A DNA stretch of 64,000 bases, taken from positions 10,808 to 74,807 of the forward strand of contig MEUA01000005.1 in NCBI GenBank assembly GCA_001771505.1, given 5' to 3'. Below are positions 29,814-39,839 of this stretch, one piece after another. This DNA is from a candidate division WOR-1 bacterium RIFOXYB2_FULL_36_35. GTDB taxonomy: Bacteria > Margulisbacteria > WOR-1 > XYC2-FULL-46-14 > XYC2-FULL-37-10. A program made the position numbers and the translations under genes. The notes beneath the pieces were generated by a model, which was not told where the DNA came from, made no database searches, and worked only from the letters and a program-made list of their open reading frames with translations. Positions within the stretch are counted from its first letter, which is position 1; every line of letters begins with the position of its first letter.

Positions 29814-30520
29814 AGATTAATGCTCCTCACTAGCTCAAAGGCTTCTGCATATGCCAAGCCAACTTCACACCCACGTTTTTCAGCAAGGATTTCAATCCCT
29901 TTAATTGATCTAGGATGTGGCCATTCTTTCAATTCATTTTTATAGGCTTTCATAGCGTCTATTTTTTTCTCAATAGTTTTAGAAATATCCACATAAACAT
30001 TTGGCTTAAATGTATTAGGCCAGCTCCACTCAGTTGAAGATAATGTTTCAAAACAGTATATTTGCTTCACCATTTCTCCTGCAATTGCTCTACAAGCGGT
30101 CAAAACAGCATTAAAGGTTATCTGATGATCTATATTCAAATCCTCCCCGTGATGAGTAAAAATGACATCGGGGATAAACTTGTTTTTTACATTTTCTATA
30201 ACTTTTACTAAATCTAAAAGTGGAACGGAATCAAAACGATTATCAGGAAAATTTAAAACAAAATTCTTTTTAACTTTTAATATCTTTGCCGCATCATTAA
30301 TATGATTTTTTAACTCTTTCATTTGTTCAATATCCATGGCCTTTTCTCTGTTTTCATATCTCGAAGTAATTCCTTCTCCTAAAATTAATATGGCAACGTC
30401 TATTCCTTTTTTCAGTAATTTTGAAATTGTTCCCCCACAACCTAAAACCTCATCATCAGGGTGTGCAGCTACAACTAAAACATTCTTCATATTAGAAAAC
30501 ATCATTATCCCCCAATTCAA
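29810..30520 (-). CDS. PIG-L/LmbE-family N-acetylglucosaminyl deacetylase-like protein
   Basis: VLVVAAHPDDEVLGCGG ... HQITF (a Zn-dependent PIG-L motif). Confidence 0.75.
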   Translation of the reverse strand: MNWGIMMFSNMKNVLVVAAHPDDEVLGCGGTISKLLKKGIDVAILILGEGITSRYENREKAMDIEQMKELKNHINDAAKILKVKKNFVLNFPDNRFDSVPLLDLVKVIENVKNKFIPDVIFTHHGEDLNIDHQITFNAVLTACRAIAGEMVKQIYCFETLSSTEWSWPNTFKPNVYVDISKTIEKKIDAMKAYKNELKEWPHPRSIKGIEILAEKRGCEVGLAYAEAFELVRSINL

Positions 30521-31343
30521 ATTTATAATTATTTACATTTTCTAGTAATTGCATATTTGTGTATAGAATAAATTCATTAAACAATATAGGAGAAAATCCC
30601 TTTGACCGGAGTTTTTCATTATTTTCTGAGTTTTTGAATGCCCATACATCAACAACACCATTAAATCCTTCCAATAAATTACAATCTGACAACTCAAGAA
30701 TCTGCTTTTTATTATTATATTCTTTCCAAATAATATAATTATATTCATCAATAATACTTTGATAATAAATTGTTTGAGGCTTAGAGTATCTCCATTTAAT
30801 AAAATCCAAATTCTTTTGTATCTTAAAATAAATATCTTTTTTAGATTCAATATATTTAAACTGATTAATATCTAATTTTTCATATCCTTCACCTGAAACA
30901 AAGCCACTTAATAATTCTAAGCCTCCATAGCTTTTCCACCCTATCCTCTTATGCCCTTTTACAGCTTTAGAATTAGGAACACCAATAACTAAAGGGAACT
31001 TAGAATCATTAAGAGAAAATTCTCCCATAGCTTGGAACAAACCTGTCCCTTGAAATCGAGGAATAACTCCCACGTTATTACATAAGGCGCCTTTTATAAT
31101 TACTCCATCAACTTTTATCAAAATAGGAAGCAATCCATACATAGCAACAGGTTCATCATTTTTGAAAGCTGCATACCATAAATTCGCCCCTATCGGACAG
31201 GAAGAGAACCAATCAATCAAATCTTTTTTAAATTCTCTGTTAAAAATCAACTTAAACAGAAGCAATATGTCTGAGCTTTTATTTAATTTTCCAAATTTCA
31301 TTTTTGATTTATCAAATAAAATAGGGTATTTGTTTTGATTCAT
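30492..31343 (-). CDS. putative acyl-CoA N-acyltransferase (GNAT-like) protein, 283 aa
   Basis: VGVIPRFQGTGLFQAMG resembles GNAT motif A. Otherwise unrecognised. Confidence 0.3.
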   Translation of the reverse strand: MNQNKYPILFDKSKMKFGKLNKSSDILLLFKLIFNREFKKDLIDWFSSCPIGANLWYAAFKNDEPVAMYGLLPILIKVDGVIIKGALCNNVGVIPRFQGTGLFQAMGEFSLNDSKFPLVIGVPNSKAVKGHKRIGWKSYGGLELLSGFVSGEGYEKLDINQFKYIESKKDIYFKIQKNLDFIKWRYSKPQTIYYQSIIDEYNYIIWKEYNNKKQILELSDCNLLEGFNGVVDVWAFKNSENNEKLRSKGFSPILFNEFILYTNMQLLENVNNYKFELGDNDVF

Positions 31344-31858
31344 AAATTTATCTCTCTTGATTTACGCATAAACTTCTTACAATTCATTGCCATTTTAACA
31401 AATGCAACTATTTCTCCATGTTTTACATCAACACAATTAAATAATTCAAAGAAACCAGCATTTCTAAATGATTTAATAGAAGCTAAATTACTACTTTTTA
31501 TCCTTGCAATAAAAATATCCACATTATTTTCTTCTAAAAATATTTCACAAGACAATTCAATCATCTGTCTTGCATACCCATTTCCTCTCATTTTTGGGAC
31601 TACATTAATATCAAATTCAGCAACATGATTATTTAATTTATCAAGTCTAACTATTCCAATTTTATTTTTTTCCCCATCTTCTGCAATATAAATAAATCTA
31701 TTAGGATTTTTCAATGAATCATTAAACCAAATCTTATGATCTTCATAAGATATTATCCCTGAGCAAAAATTAGCGTTTCTTGTTTTTTCGTCGTTTCGCC
31801 AAGAAAAAACATCATTACAATCTTCATCTAATACAGTTCTTAAATAAATTTTATTCAT
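31340..31858 (-). CDS. GNAT-family N-acetyltransferase (PseH-like aminosugar N-acetyltransferase)
   Basis: 172 aa. IGIVRLDKLNNHVAEFDINVVPKMRGNGYARQMIEL (GNAT motif A). It lies inside the pse-like gene set. Confidence 0.6.
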   Translation of the reverse strand: MNKIYLRTVLDEDCNDVFSWRNDEKTRNANFCSGIISYEDHKIWFNDSLKNPNRFIYIAEDGEKNKIGIVRLDKLNNHVAEFDINVVPKMRGNGYARQMIELSCEIFLEENNVDIFIARIKSSNLASIKSFRNAGFFELFNCVDVKHGEIVAFVKMAMNCKKFMRKSREINL

Positions 31859-32618
31859 AAATATTCTTCAAATTTCTGATATCTCCTACAAAATCATTTA
31901 AATTCTTCATTGATGATTTCAATGTTTCTATTGTTAGCATAGATCCATTTTGTATAAAAGACAAAGTAAATTTCATATCGAAGCTCCCCTCTCCGATATG
32001 CAAATGTTTATCATAAATTCCTTGAATATCTCCATCTGTTAAATGGTACATTGTAGGTTTTAAAGAAATAAAATTTTTAATGTAGTGGGAGCTATCAATA
32101 TTATGCGCATTTGCAGAACAGATAGCATGGCCAATATCCAAACAAAATCCAATTTGAACCTCTTTGATTAAAAACTCGATTTCTTCAGGTGTGGTTCCAT
32201 TGCAGATTAATCCATTATCTAAAGCATAATAAGGCTTATTCTCTATTAATATCCTAGAATCATTAATATATTTCAATTGACTAGCCGTTTCTTTAATATT
32301 TCCATCAATTCCAGGATGGAATATTATCCAATGAGCATTTAATTTATCTGCAAAATGCTGAGCTTCATGAGCTAATTCCATGTTTTTATAAAACTTATTT
32401 TTTTCAGCTAAATTAAGCCCATCTCTAAAATGAGGAGCATGAATAATAAATGGTATATTTAATTCCTGCCAAACTTTTATATAATTTTCATAAGAATCAG
32501 GAATTACATAAAGTTCAATGTAATCATATGTGCTATTCTTATAAAGCTTTATTGCTTCTTCTATATAATTATTATTCGTCGACCATAGTTTCAAACCAAA
32601 CTTAAATTTCTTCATCAT
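31851..32618 (-). CDS. xylose-isomerase-like TIM-barrel protein (sugar phosphate isomerase/epimerase family)
   Basis: IELYV ... IIHAPH ... IIFHPG ... LIENKP ... CLDIGH, a metal-binding pattern of the AP-endonuclease-2/xylose-isomerase TIM barrel. Confidence 0.45.
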   Translation of the reverse strand: MMKKFKFGLKLWSTNNNYIEEAIKLYKNSTYDYIELYVIPDSYENYIKVWQELNIPFIIHAPHFRDGLNLAEKNKFYKNMELAHEAQHFADKLNAHWIIFHPGIDGNIKETASQLKYINDSRILIENKPYYALDNGLICNGTTPEEIEFLIKEVQIGFCLDIGHAICSANAHNIDSSHYIKNFISLKPTMYHLTDGDIQGIYDKHLHIGEGSFDMKFTLSFIQNGSMLTIETLKSSMKNLNDFVGDIRNLKNIYE

Positions 32619-35122
32619 ATTGCTAGTCCCTTCTGAACTATATGTGAATTTAACATGGTAAGATGATCATGTTGTTTTAAAAACCTCAACACATCATTTA
32701 GTGTAAAATAATTATTTACTGGATAAATCCCATCATATATTTCCCTAATCAACTCAAAATCCTCTTGTGTATCTAACGTAAGCCTATATTTTGAATCGTC
32801 TCCATTTCCTATAAATTGTTTTATCTTGAATTTTTCTTCATTCTGATAAATATATGGAGTAACATGCTCTCGCTGGCAGTTCTCTTTGGCAAAATTAAAA
32901 GCTTTTTTAAGAGAAGAAAAATTCATGATTTCAACATCAAGGCCTCTTGGAAAAGTACGCTTTATGGTATTAGATAAATAATCTACGGATGGATCCTTTA
33001 AAAAGGTTGCTACCATGCTATCAATTATATCCGCATCTACAAAAGGACAATCTGAAGTAATCCGAATTATCACATCAAGATTGTTTTCTTTTGCTGCATA
33101 ATAGTATCTCGAAAGAACGTCTTCCTCGCTTCCTCTAAAATATTTCAGATTATTTGATTTAGCCAGAGAAACGATAAGATCATCTCTTGCATCAATAGTA
33201 GTTGCAATGATTATTTCATGGACATTTTTACAGCCTTTTAATCTGTCAATAATATGTTCAAGAACAGGTTTATTTTGAACAGGAAGCATAATTTTACCCG
33301 GCAATCTAGTAGATCCCATTCTTGCCTGAATTATTATTCCAACTTTTCTCTGATTTATATAACCATTAATTAAAAATTCTTGCAATAACTCTATGGAACG
33401 ATCATCAGGACATTCATCGTATTCTCTTAATAAGTAATAAGGAATATCTTTTAAAGGAGATACTTCACCCAAAATAATCTTATGAGTCATTTCAATTAAC
33501 TTATCGGGATCATCAAACACTAGTTTATCTTTAAAGATTTTAGAAAAAGGATGATTATAGTGTACTTGATCAAAATAAAGTCCTTCGACACCAGAAATAA
33601 TGGCAATTGTGGAAGAACTGGTCATACCCTGTGTAACAACAATATCTGAAATGCCTATTACCTTTACATAAGACCAGTCCTTTGGATTTAAGATATAAAC
33701 ATTATTGAGATTATTTAGCTGTGCTATTATTTTATCAAGTTTCTCTCTACAACCATCAGAAAAGCTATGGGTTTGAATTGGAACCTTAGGTTTTAACAAA
33801 ATTGTAAGATCATTATTCAATAAAGCCATTTTTAATGCTATTTCATAAAAAATGACAAAATGATCTTCTGTCATTTTGCATTCTATCCCAAATGACTCAT
33901 CAAAAAAACTAACTACTTTTCTTGATACGTCAATCCCTGCATCTGCAAGTATTTTATGCCTAAAAGCCCTTGATTCTTTAATATATCTTTTATTGAAAAA
34001 TCCTATAGGCAACAACATCTCCTCAGGGCCTTCAACGCCCTTTACATGCGCTTTTCCCCATAAAAAATATTTATCACATCCTAAGAAAGAAAGAACTGAT
34101 TTATTCAAATCAACAGATAAATCAGACCAGTGAAACAAATAATACTTAGATCCGTAATTCTGGCAAACAATAGACTCTGCAATATGACTAAAACTATAAA
34201 AAGAATATCCGAGTTCAGAAGTAATTTTATAATTAGAAAATATTTTTTCATATTGTAAAGCAGAAGCTTTGAAATGATAAAAAACACTGTAAAACAACGT
34301 ATAGTAGTTAGAATTTATTAAATTAATTAAAATTCTAACGCCAGAAAACACATATTTGGGCAAAACCCTAAAAATAAATTGTTTTAACCCCATTGGCAAC
34401 GAATTAAACACAAAATGTTCATAATCAGAGTTTATAGCATCATTATATCCGACCAACCTACATCCCTCCAAATAAATACCTCTTGAATAAAGCAATAAAT
34501 CTTCTTTTTTTATATTTTTATCATCTACAAAAAAATCATCTCCACAACAATGATCTATTCCTGTGTGCAAACCACTAACAGCTTCAGTCATAACCTTAAA
34601 TTTTTTAACTTTCAAAAAAAGTTTTATTCCGCGAAACAAACTAACACAAAATACAGAATAAACAATTATTAACAAATTAAGAAGTTTTATTACTGTTGAT
34701 GGTTGATTTTTCCATTTAATTGGCGGTATCGTTTTAAATTTAATTAAGTATTTCTCTGCTGCAAAACGATTTAGAGGATTATCTTCTAAGACTATAACAT
34801 TATTAATATTATTTTTATATGACATTTCATCTAAACACCTAAGAGCAATAGATAAATATTCAACTATCCATTTTTTCAGCAATGGATTAAAACGGTCAGT
34901 ATCAAATAATTTATTCATTGATTTTGTAAAATATGAATCTAATAAGGCATTTTTTTCAACAAACTCATTTGTCAATTCTACTAGATCTGAATAAATCCAA
35001 TTTAAATATTCAATTCTTCGTTTCCCATTAAAACTTCCCAACAAATTTACTTCTGCAAGCAAATCAATTTGAATGGCTTTCCTTATATTTCTAATTTTTC
35101 CTCTTATAGTTTCAAGCATCAA
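32615..35122 (-). CDS. bifunctional fusion: N-terminal ~600-aa GT-B-like domain + C-terminal CMP-nonulosonate cytidylyltransferase (PseF/NeuA-like)
   Basis: C-terminal VGIIIQARMGSTRLPGKIMLPV (cytidylyltransferase). Upstream of it, LLKPKVP...ISDIVVTQGMTSSSTIAIISGVEGLYFDQ (the GT-B donor half). Immediately downstream of the PseB/PseC homologs. Confidence 0.55.
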   Translation of the reverse strand: MMLETIRGKIRNIRKAIQIDLLAEVNLLGSFNGKRRIEYLNWIYSDLVELTNEFVEKNALLDSYFTKSMNKLFDTDRFNPLLKKWIVEYLSIALRCLDEMSYKNNINNVIVLEDNPLNRFAAEKYLIKFKTIPPIKWKNQPSTVIKLLNLLIIVYSVFCVSLFRGIKLFLKVKKFKVMTEAVSGLHTGIDHCCGDDFFVDDKNIKKEDLLLYSRGIYLEGCRLVGYNDAINSDYEHFVFNSLPMGLKQFIFRVLPKYVFSGVRILINLINSNYYTLFYSVFYHFKASALQYEKIFSNYKITSELGYSFYSFSHIAESIVCQNYGSKYYLFHWSDLSVDLNKSVLSFLGCDKYFLWGKAHVKGVEGPEEMLLPIGFFNKRYIKESRAFRHKILADAGIDVSRKVVSFFDESFGIECKMTEDHFVIFYEIALKMALLNNDLTILLKPKVPIQTHSFSDGCREKLDKIIAQLNNLNNVYILNPKDWSYVKVIGISDIVVTQGMTSSSTIAIISGVEGLYFDQVHYNHPFSKIFKDKLVFDDPDKLIEMTHKIILGEVSPLKDIPYYLLREYDECPDDRSIELLQEFLINGYINQRKVGIIIQARMGSTRLPGKIMLPVQNKPVLEHIIDRLKGCKNVHEIIIATTIDARDDLIVSLAKSNNLKYFRGSEEDVLSRYYYAAKENNLDVIIRITSDCPFVDADIIDSMVATFLKDPSVDYLSNTIKRTFPRGLDVEIMNFSSLKKAFNFAKENCQREHVTPYIYQNEEKFKIKQFIGNGDDSKYRLTLDTQEDFELIREIYDGIYPVNNYFTLNDVLRFLKQHDHLTMLNSHIVQKGLAI

Positions 35123-36288
35123 AATATCTCTCTTATTTTAAATTTTTCAACAATTTTTTTTGTAACTTTAACAACTCTTTTGATGTCACAATCAGACATT
35201 TTAGGATAAAGAGGCAAAGTTATCGAGCACTCATAATATTTTTCCGCATTAAGACAAAGTCCCTTTTTATAACCTATTTTTTTGTAATAAGGCTGATAAT
35301 ATACAGGAATATAATGGACATTTACGCAAATCCCATACTTGAGATACTCATTAAATATTTCTCTTCTAGTAGCGGATAATTTATCAAGATTAAATTTCAA
35401 AATATAAAGATGATGTACATGGTCAATATAAGGTTTAATGCTTAAAGGCTGAAGCTCTTCATATCTACAAAAAACCTTATCATACTCATTTGTTATTTGT
35501 TTTCTGCGTTTAATAAAAACTGAAAGTCTTTTAAATTGACTAATCCCCAAAGCACTTTGAATATCTGTCAATCTATAATTAAAACCTAGAGCCTGCATCT
35601 CATAAAACCATGGTTCTGGATTTATTTTTAATAAATTTGGATCTCTTATTATTCCGTGACTTCTGAACAATTTCAATTTTTTATAAAAATCTTTATTATT
35701 AGTTAATACCATTCCCCCTTCACCGGTGGTAATATGTTTTACAGCATGAAAGCTTAAAATCGTAAAATCAGCATATTTCCCTGAGCCAACAATTTCCCCT
35801 TTATATTTAGCCCCCAAAGCATGTGCAGCATCTTCAATAATTATAATATTTTTTCTATTTGCAATGCTTCGTATTTCTGACAAATCAGCAGGCTGTCCTG
35901 CAAAATCTATAGGTATAATTGCTTTAGTCTTTTTTGATATTTTTTTTTCTATCTCTTTTGGATTTATATTAATAGTATCTTCAAGCACATCAGCAAATAT
36001 AGGCTTAGCCCCACAATACAATATACAATTAGCAGAAGCAACAAAAGTAATCGGAGACGTTATAACTTCATCTCCCCTTTTGATACCTGCAGCTAAACAA
36101 GCAATATGAAGGGCAGATGTCCCGCTATTTACGGCTACAACATATTTTGCTCCGCAATGTTCAGCAACTATTTTTTCAAATTTTTCAATTAAAGGGCCTT
36201 GAGTCAAATAAGAAGACTCTAAAGCCAACTTAACAGCTTCAATATCTTGAGCATCTATCCATTGTGTTGCATAAGGAATTTTTTTCAC
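35119..36288 (-). CDS. pseC: DegT-family aminotransferase, PseC-like (UDP-4-keto-6-deoxy-sugar 4-aminotransferase)
   Basis: AVNSGTSALHIACLAAGI ... EDAAHALGA ... FHAVKHITTGEGG. Directly follows the PseB homolog. Symbol assigned from gene context only. Confidence 0.65.
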   Translation of the reverse strand: MKKIPYATQWIDAQDIEAVKLALESSYLTQGPLIEKFEKIVAEHCGAKYVVAVNSGTSALHIACLAAGIKRGDEVITSPITFVASANCILYCGAKPIFADVLEDTININPKEIEKKISKKTKAIIPIDFAGQPADLSEIRSIANRKNIIIIEDAAHALGAKYKGEIVGSGKYADFTILSFHAVKHITTGEGGMVLTNNKDFYKKLKLFRSHGIIRDPNLLKINPEPWFYEMQALGFNYRLTDIQSALGISQFKRLSVFIKRRKQITNEYDKVFCRYEELQPLSIKPYIDHVHHLYILKFNLDKLSATRREIFNEYLKYGICVNVHYIPVYYQPYYKKIGYKKGLCLNAEKYYECSITLPLYPKMSDCDIKRVVKVTKKIVEKFKIREIF

Positions 36289-37266
36289 TTAAATATTCGC
36301 CATCTCCTGAACTTCTTGAATGCTTAACCACCTATCATTTTTATCACTTGAATACCTAAATCCGTCTGAAACATTTCTGCCTAAAATATGATTATCTTTA
36401 TCCCACCAATTAAATGCCGGCTGAATAACATAGCAATCATCCAATTCTTTAGTATTTCTAGAATCATCTTCAGAAATCATCACCTCATGCAATTTTTCTC
36501 CAGGACGAATTCCAACTATTTTTGTCTTGCAATCTGGAGCAATAGCTTTTGCTATATCTAAAATTTTTACACTTGGAATTTTTGGAATGAAAATTTCTCC
36601 ACCGCTCATCCGCTCAAATCCACTTACAACAAATCGAACTCCCTGTTCCAAGGTTATAAAAAATCGTGTCATTTCCGCATGAGTAATTGGCAAAACGCCT
36701 TCTTCTCTCTTCTTTTTGAAAAAAGGGATAACACTGCCACGACTTCCCACAACATTTCCATAACGAACAACCGCAAATTTTGTACCATCTTTCCCAGCAT
36801 ATGAATTAGCAGCAACAAACAGCTTATCAGAACATAATTTGGTAGCACCATATAAATTAATTGGATTGCAAGCTTTGTCAGTACTTAGAGCTATTACTTT
36901 TTTTACCTTTGAATCAAGGGAAGCTTCAATTACATTCATTGCCCCTAAAATATTTGTTTTTATTGCTTCTGTAGGATTGTATTCCATGGCAGGGACCTGC
37001 TTTAAAGCTGCTGCATGCACAATATAATCAACTCCATGTAAAGCACGCATTAAACGTTCTCTATCGCGAACGTCTCCAATAAAAAACCTGATATTCTCAT
37101 ATTTATCATATTCCTGTTGCATCTCAAATTGTTTTAGCTCATCACGGCTATAAATTATCAATTTTGCCGGGTCAAATTCATCCAAAACAATTTTTGCAAA
37201 TTTTTTACCAAAAGAACCTGTTCCTCCCGTAATTAATATGACCTTATCTTTAAATATATTCATCAT
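36289..37266 (-). CDS. pseB: UDP-GlcNAc 4,6-dehydratase (inverting), PseB/FlaA1-like short CapD-family SDR
   Basis: MNIFKDKVILITGGTGSFGKKF ... YSRDELKQFEM ... FFIGDVRDRERL ... ALSTDKACNPINLYGATKLCSDKLF. This is very close to Helicobacter/Campylobacter PseB as I recall it. Confidence 0.7.
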   Translation of the reverse strand: MMNIFKDKVILITGGTGSFGKKFAKIVLDEFDPAKLIIYSRDELKQFEMQQEYDKYENIRFFIGDVRDRERLMRALHGVDYIVHAAALKQVPAMEYNPTEAIKTNILGAMNVIEASLDSKVKKVIALSTDKACNPINLYGATKLCSDKLFVAANSYAGKDGTKFAVVRYGNVVGSRGSVIPFFKKKREEGVLPITHAEMTRFFITLEQGVRFVVSGFERMSGGEIFIPKIPSVKILDIAKAIAPDCKTKIVGIRPGEKLHEVMISEDDSRNTKELDDCYVIQPAFNWWDKDNHILGRNVSDGFRYSSDKNDRWLSIQEVQEMANI

Positions 37267-37296
37267 TTTTCTCCTTATATTAAACTATTTGTTTAA

Positions 37297-39066
37297 TCAA
37301 TTTTTAATTAAACGCTCAAATTCTTCAATCCATTTCTCATCAGATTCTGATGATACACGTGCAAAATAATTGCAAAATTTTTTGCGCGCGGCTTGTCTTT
37401 TTGAATCATTCCACCAGGTTTCAACATCAATATAAATAGAATTAATAGCCATAGCCGCATCTTTCGGCGAATCATAAAGTATTCCTACATTACGCAATTC
37501 ATCAAAAATAACCCGTGCTTCAGATTTCAACTGATAAGTTTTCGCAAATGAAATTACTGGTTTATTTAAAGCCATTACTTCCATAAAAGAAGTAAAAAGA
37601 TGATCAAGCACAACAAGACGACAATTATTAATTCTTTCTAAAAATGGAACCGTCATATCTTCTAAAATTATTTCAGGGAACATATCTTTCAAGCGATCAG
37701 AACACCCCCAATCAAAATCAATAAAATATAAACGAACACGTAAGTTATGTTTCCTATTTGAATCAAGCATATCCACAAAGCTAAATTGTTCATTTATATA
37801 ATTTATAAAAGCATCACTATTGAAATATTGAAATCTAAAAAAATATCTGGGCATACTTGTTACCATAAAAAGAATATCTTCTTTTTTATTATTAGCGGAC
37901 ATTTCTTTTACACCTGCCATCTTATTGGCAAAAAAAGGTATGACTTTAGCAGCACAGTCCAATTGCTCCCAACCCCAAGAATAATATTGATCTGTTATTG
38001 CTAATTCATGCTTCTCAACTGCCATATAGTTATGAATTCCATATATTCCTCCATGTTGAGTGCCTATTAAAATAGTTTCTTTTTCAGAAGATATAGCGGC
38101 CAACTGCTTAAAATATTCATTAGAATACCAGGCGTTTGCACTAAATATCGCTTTCGGATTCACAGGATAATCTTTCTCGACTTCCTTTTTAAGCTTTGGA
38201 TAACCTTCAAGATAAATTAATGGCAAATCAAATGGAAGCATACCATTAAAAATCGGCTCAAATCCTTCCAAGTTGCAATCAAAAGTTTTTAATTTTTTCC
38301 GCATTTCCAGATCAATTAAAATTGATTTACAATCAACTTTCTTATCAACCAAAAGCCTAACATTCTCTCTTTCTTTTTCAAGAATTTTTTTCCCGAAATC
38401 AGAAGTAAAATATGGATTAAAGATAAGAAGTGTTTTTTTATTGACGAAAAATTCATGGAAAAACTTTTTTATAAATTGATAAAGGTAAGATTTAAAAGAT
38501 CTTTTATCCTCTTTTTCAGATTCAATGTATTTTTGGGTTACTTTATAACTTTTTTTTTGGGATTTTTCACCCAATAAATCAAGAATTTTTGTATATAATT
38601 GAAGATTATAGGAATCATCACTAATTAATTTAATAAATTCATTGTAATCTTGAGGAATAACAAAAGATTCTTCAGATAATCCAATAGTTACAAGATTTGG
38701 ATATTTATTTAAGGCTCCCTTTAAAGAAAGGTAACGGTCATAAAGCACATGTACATAATGAAAAAGCCATGGGCCGATTAGAATCCTCCAATATTTTTTA
38801 CCAAAATTCACCCCATGAATAGTATTTAATTTATCAGCTAGGATTGGAAGCATACACTCATAAAAATCATCAACATATTTAAAAGCAGCATAAAGTCGCT
38901 CTTTATCTTCCCAAGGACTTGGCAAAACAACCCCTTTAAGAGGCTCCCAAAAGGATCGACGACGATACAATCGGCATCTCTCCCCCAAAAACACAATTGG
39001 TTTTGAAGTATCCCAAAATTCTTCAATTGCTGTAGTTGCTAAAAATTTTTTTTCTTCTGAATTCAT
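37297..39066 (-). CDS. 589-aa putative transferase of unknown specificity (GT-B-like C-terminal half)
   Basis: WRILIGPWLFHYV near the N-terminus. The C-terminal CRLVVLDHLFTSFMEVMALNKPVISF is GT-B donor-half-like. No confident family assignment. Confidence 0.3.
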   Translation of the reverse strand: MNSEEKKFLATTAIEEFWDTSKPIVFLGERCRLYRRRSFWEPLKGVVLPSPWEDKERLYAAFKYVDDFYECMLPILADKLNTIHGVNFGKKYWRILIGPWLFHYVHVLYDRYLSLKGALNKYPNLVTIGLSEESFVIPQDYNEFIKLISDDSYNLQLYTKILDLLGEKSQKKSYKVTQKYIESEKEDKRSFKSYLYQFIKKFFHEFFVNKKTLLIFNPYFTSDFGKKILEKERENVRLLVDKKVDCKSILIDLEMRKKLKTFDCNLEGFEPIFNGMLPFDLPLIYLEGYPKLKKEVEKDYPVNPKAIFSANAWYSNEYFKQLAAISSEKETILIGTQHGGIYGIHNYMAVEKHELAITDQYYSWGWEQLDCAAKVIPFFANKMAGVKEMSANNKKEDILFMVTSMPRYFFRFQYFNSDAFINYINEQFSFVDMLDSNRKHNLRVRLYFIDFDWGCSDRLKDMFPEIILEDMTVPFLERINNCRLVVLDHLFTSFMEVMALNKPVISFAKTYQLKSEARVIFDELRNVGILYDSPKDAAMAINSIYIDVETWWNDSKRQAARKKFCNYFARVSSESDEKWIEEFERLIKN

Positions 39067-39074
39067 TATATTAT

Positions 39075-39824
39075 CTAATTAATAATTAACTGTATTAATT
39101 TCCAATTCAATATTACGTTTCCGTTTATTTCTAAACGATCTCCTGATTTGGTTGAAACTGTATATGTTTGAAGATCATTCATATTATTGGATTCAGGCAG
39201 ATCAAAATCCAACTTCATATTAATTGAATTTATTTCTTTTACATCTATAGATTCACAATATTTTTTAAACTTAGGAAAAGAATAAGTGTTTAAATAGGTA
39301 TAATTATCAGCCGTCCCTTTAGATGCATTTGAGTAAATTTTAGTTATAAAATCAACATCCCCATCATAAAAAAGTGAAGTTATATAAATTTTATTTTTTG
39401 TTGCTTTAATCAATTCAGTAAGAATAGTTTTATAATAAGGCAACCAAGATAATGTTTTGTAATTAATTGTTATATCAAATGCCTTATGATATTTATCGGA
39501 AAGCTTCATAATGTCATAAACCTCAAAGTCAATATTTTTATTATTAGTAAAATGCTTTTTCCCTTGATTAATTAGCTCGTCAACATAATCAACACCTGTA
39601 TAAAATTGATTAGTGTCAAATTCATTAAGAAAATGTATTAATCTTCCATATCCACAACATGCATCCAAAATTTTTTGATTTTTCTTCTCGAAATCTTCCT
39701 TAAGCAGAGAGAATAAATAATCCATTTGTTTCTCTTTTCTTAAAGGACAAAAATCATCTTTGTTGTCATACAAAGTTGCTTTAATTACATCTTTATAAAT
39801 CAGATTTTCAGATCTTTCGTTCAT
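39075..39824 (-). CDS. class I SAM-dependent methyltransferase
   Basis: ILDACCGYGRLIHFL motif I. Confidence 0.6.
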   Translation of the reverse strand: MNERSENLIYKDVIKATLYDNKDDFCPLRKEKQMDYLFSLLKEDFEKKNQKILDACCGYGRLIHFLNEFDTNQFYTGVDYVDELINQGKKHFTNNKNIDFEVYDIMKLSDKYHKAFDITINYKTLSWLPYYKTILTELIKATKNKIYITSLFYDGDVDFITKIYSNASKGTADNYTYLNTYSFPKFKKYCESIDVKEINSINMKLDFDLPESNNMNDLQTYTVSTKSGDRLEINGNVILNWKLIQLIIN

Positions 39825-39839
39825 ATTAAATACTAAACA

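Noticed and set aside
30542-30850. Minus-strand 102-aa ORF nested in the 30492-31343 gene in a different frame.
   Set aside because: It lies wholly within a longer ORF on the same strand, has a low-complexity sequence, and has no plausible start context. The longer frame is the better gene model.
36669-36851. Minus-strand 60-aa ORF inside the PseB-like gene.
   Set aside because: It is an alternative frame within a gene whose product matches PseB nearly end to end.
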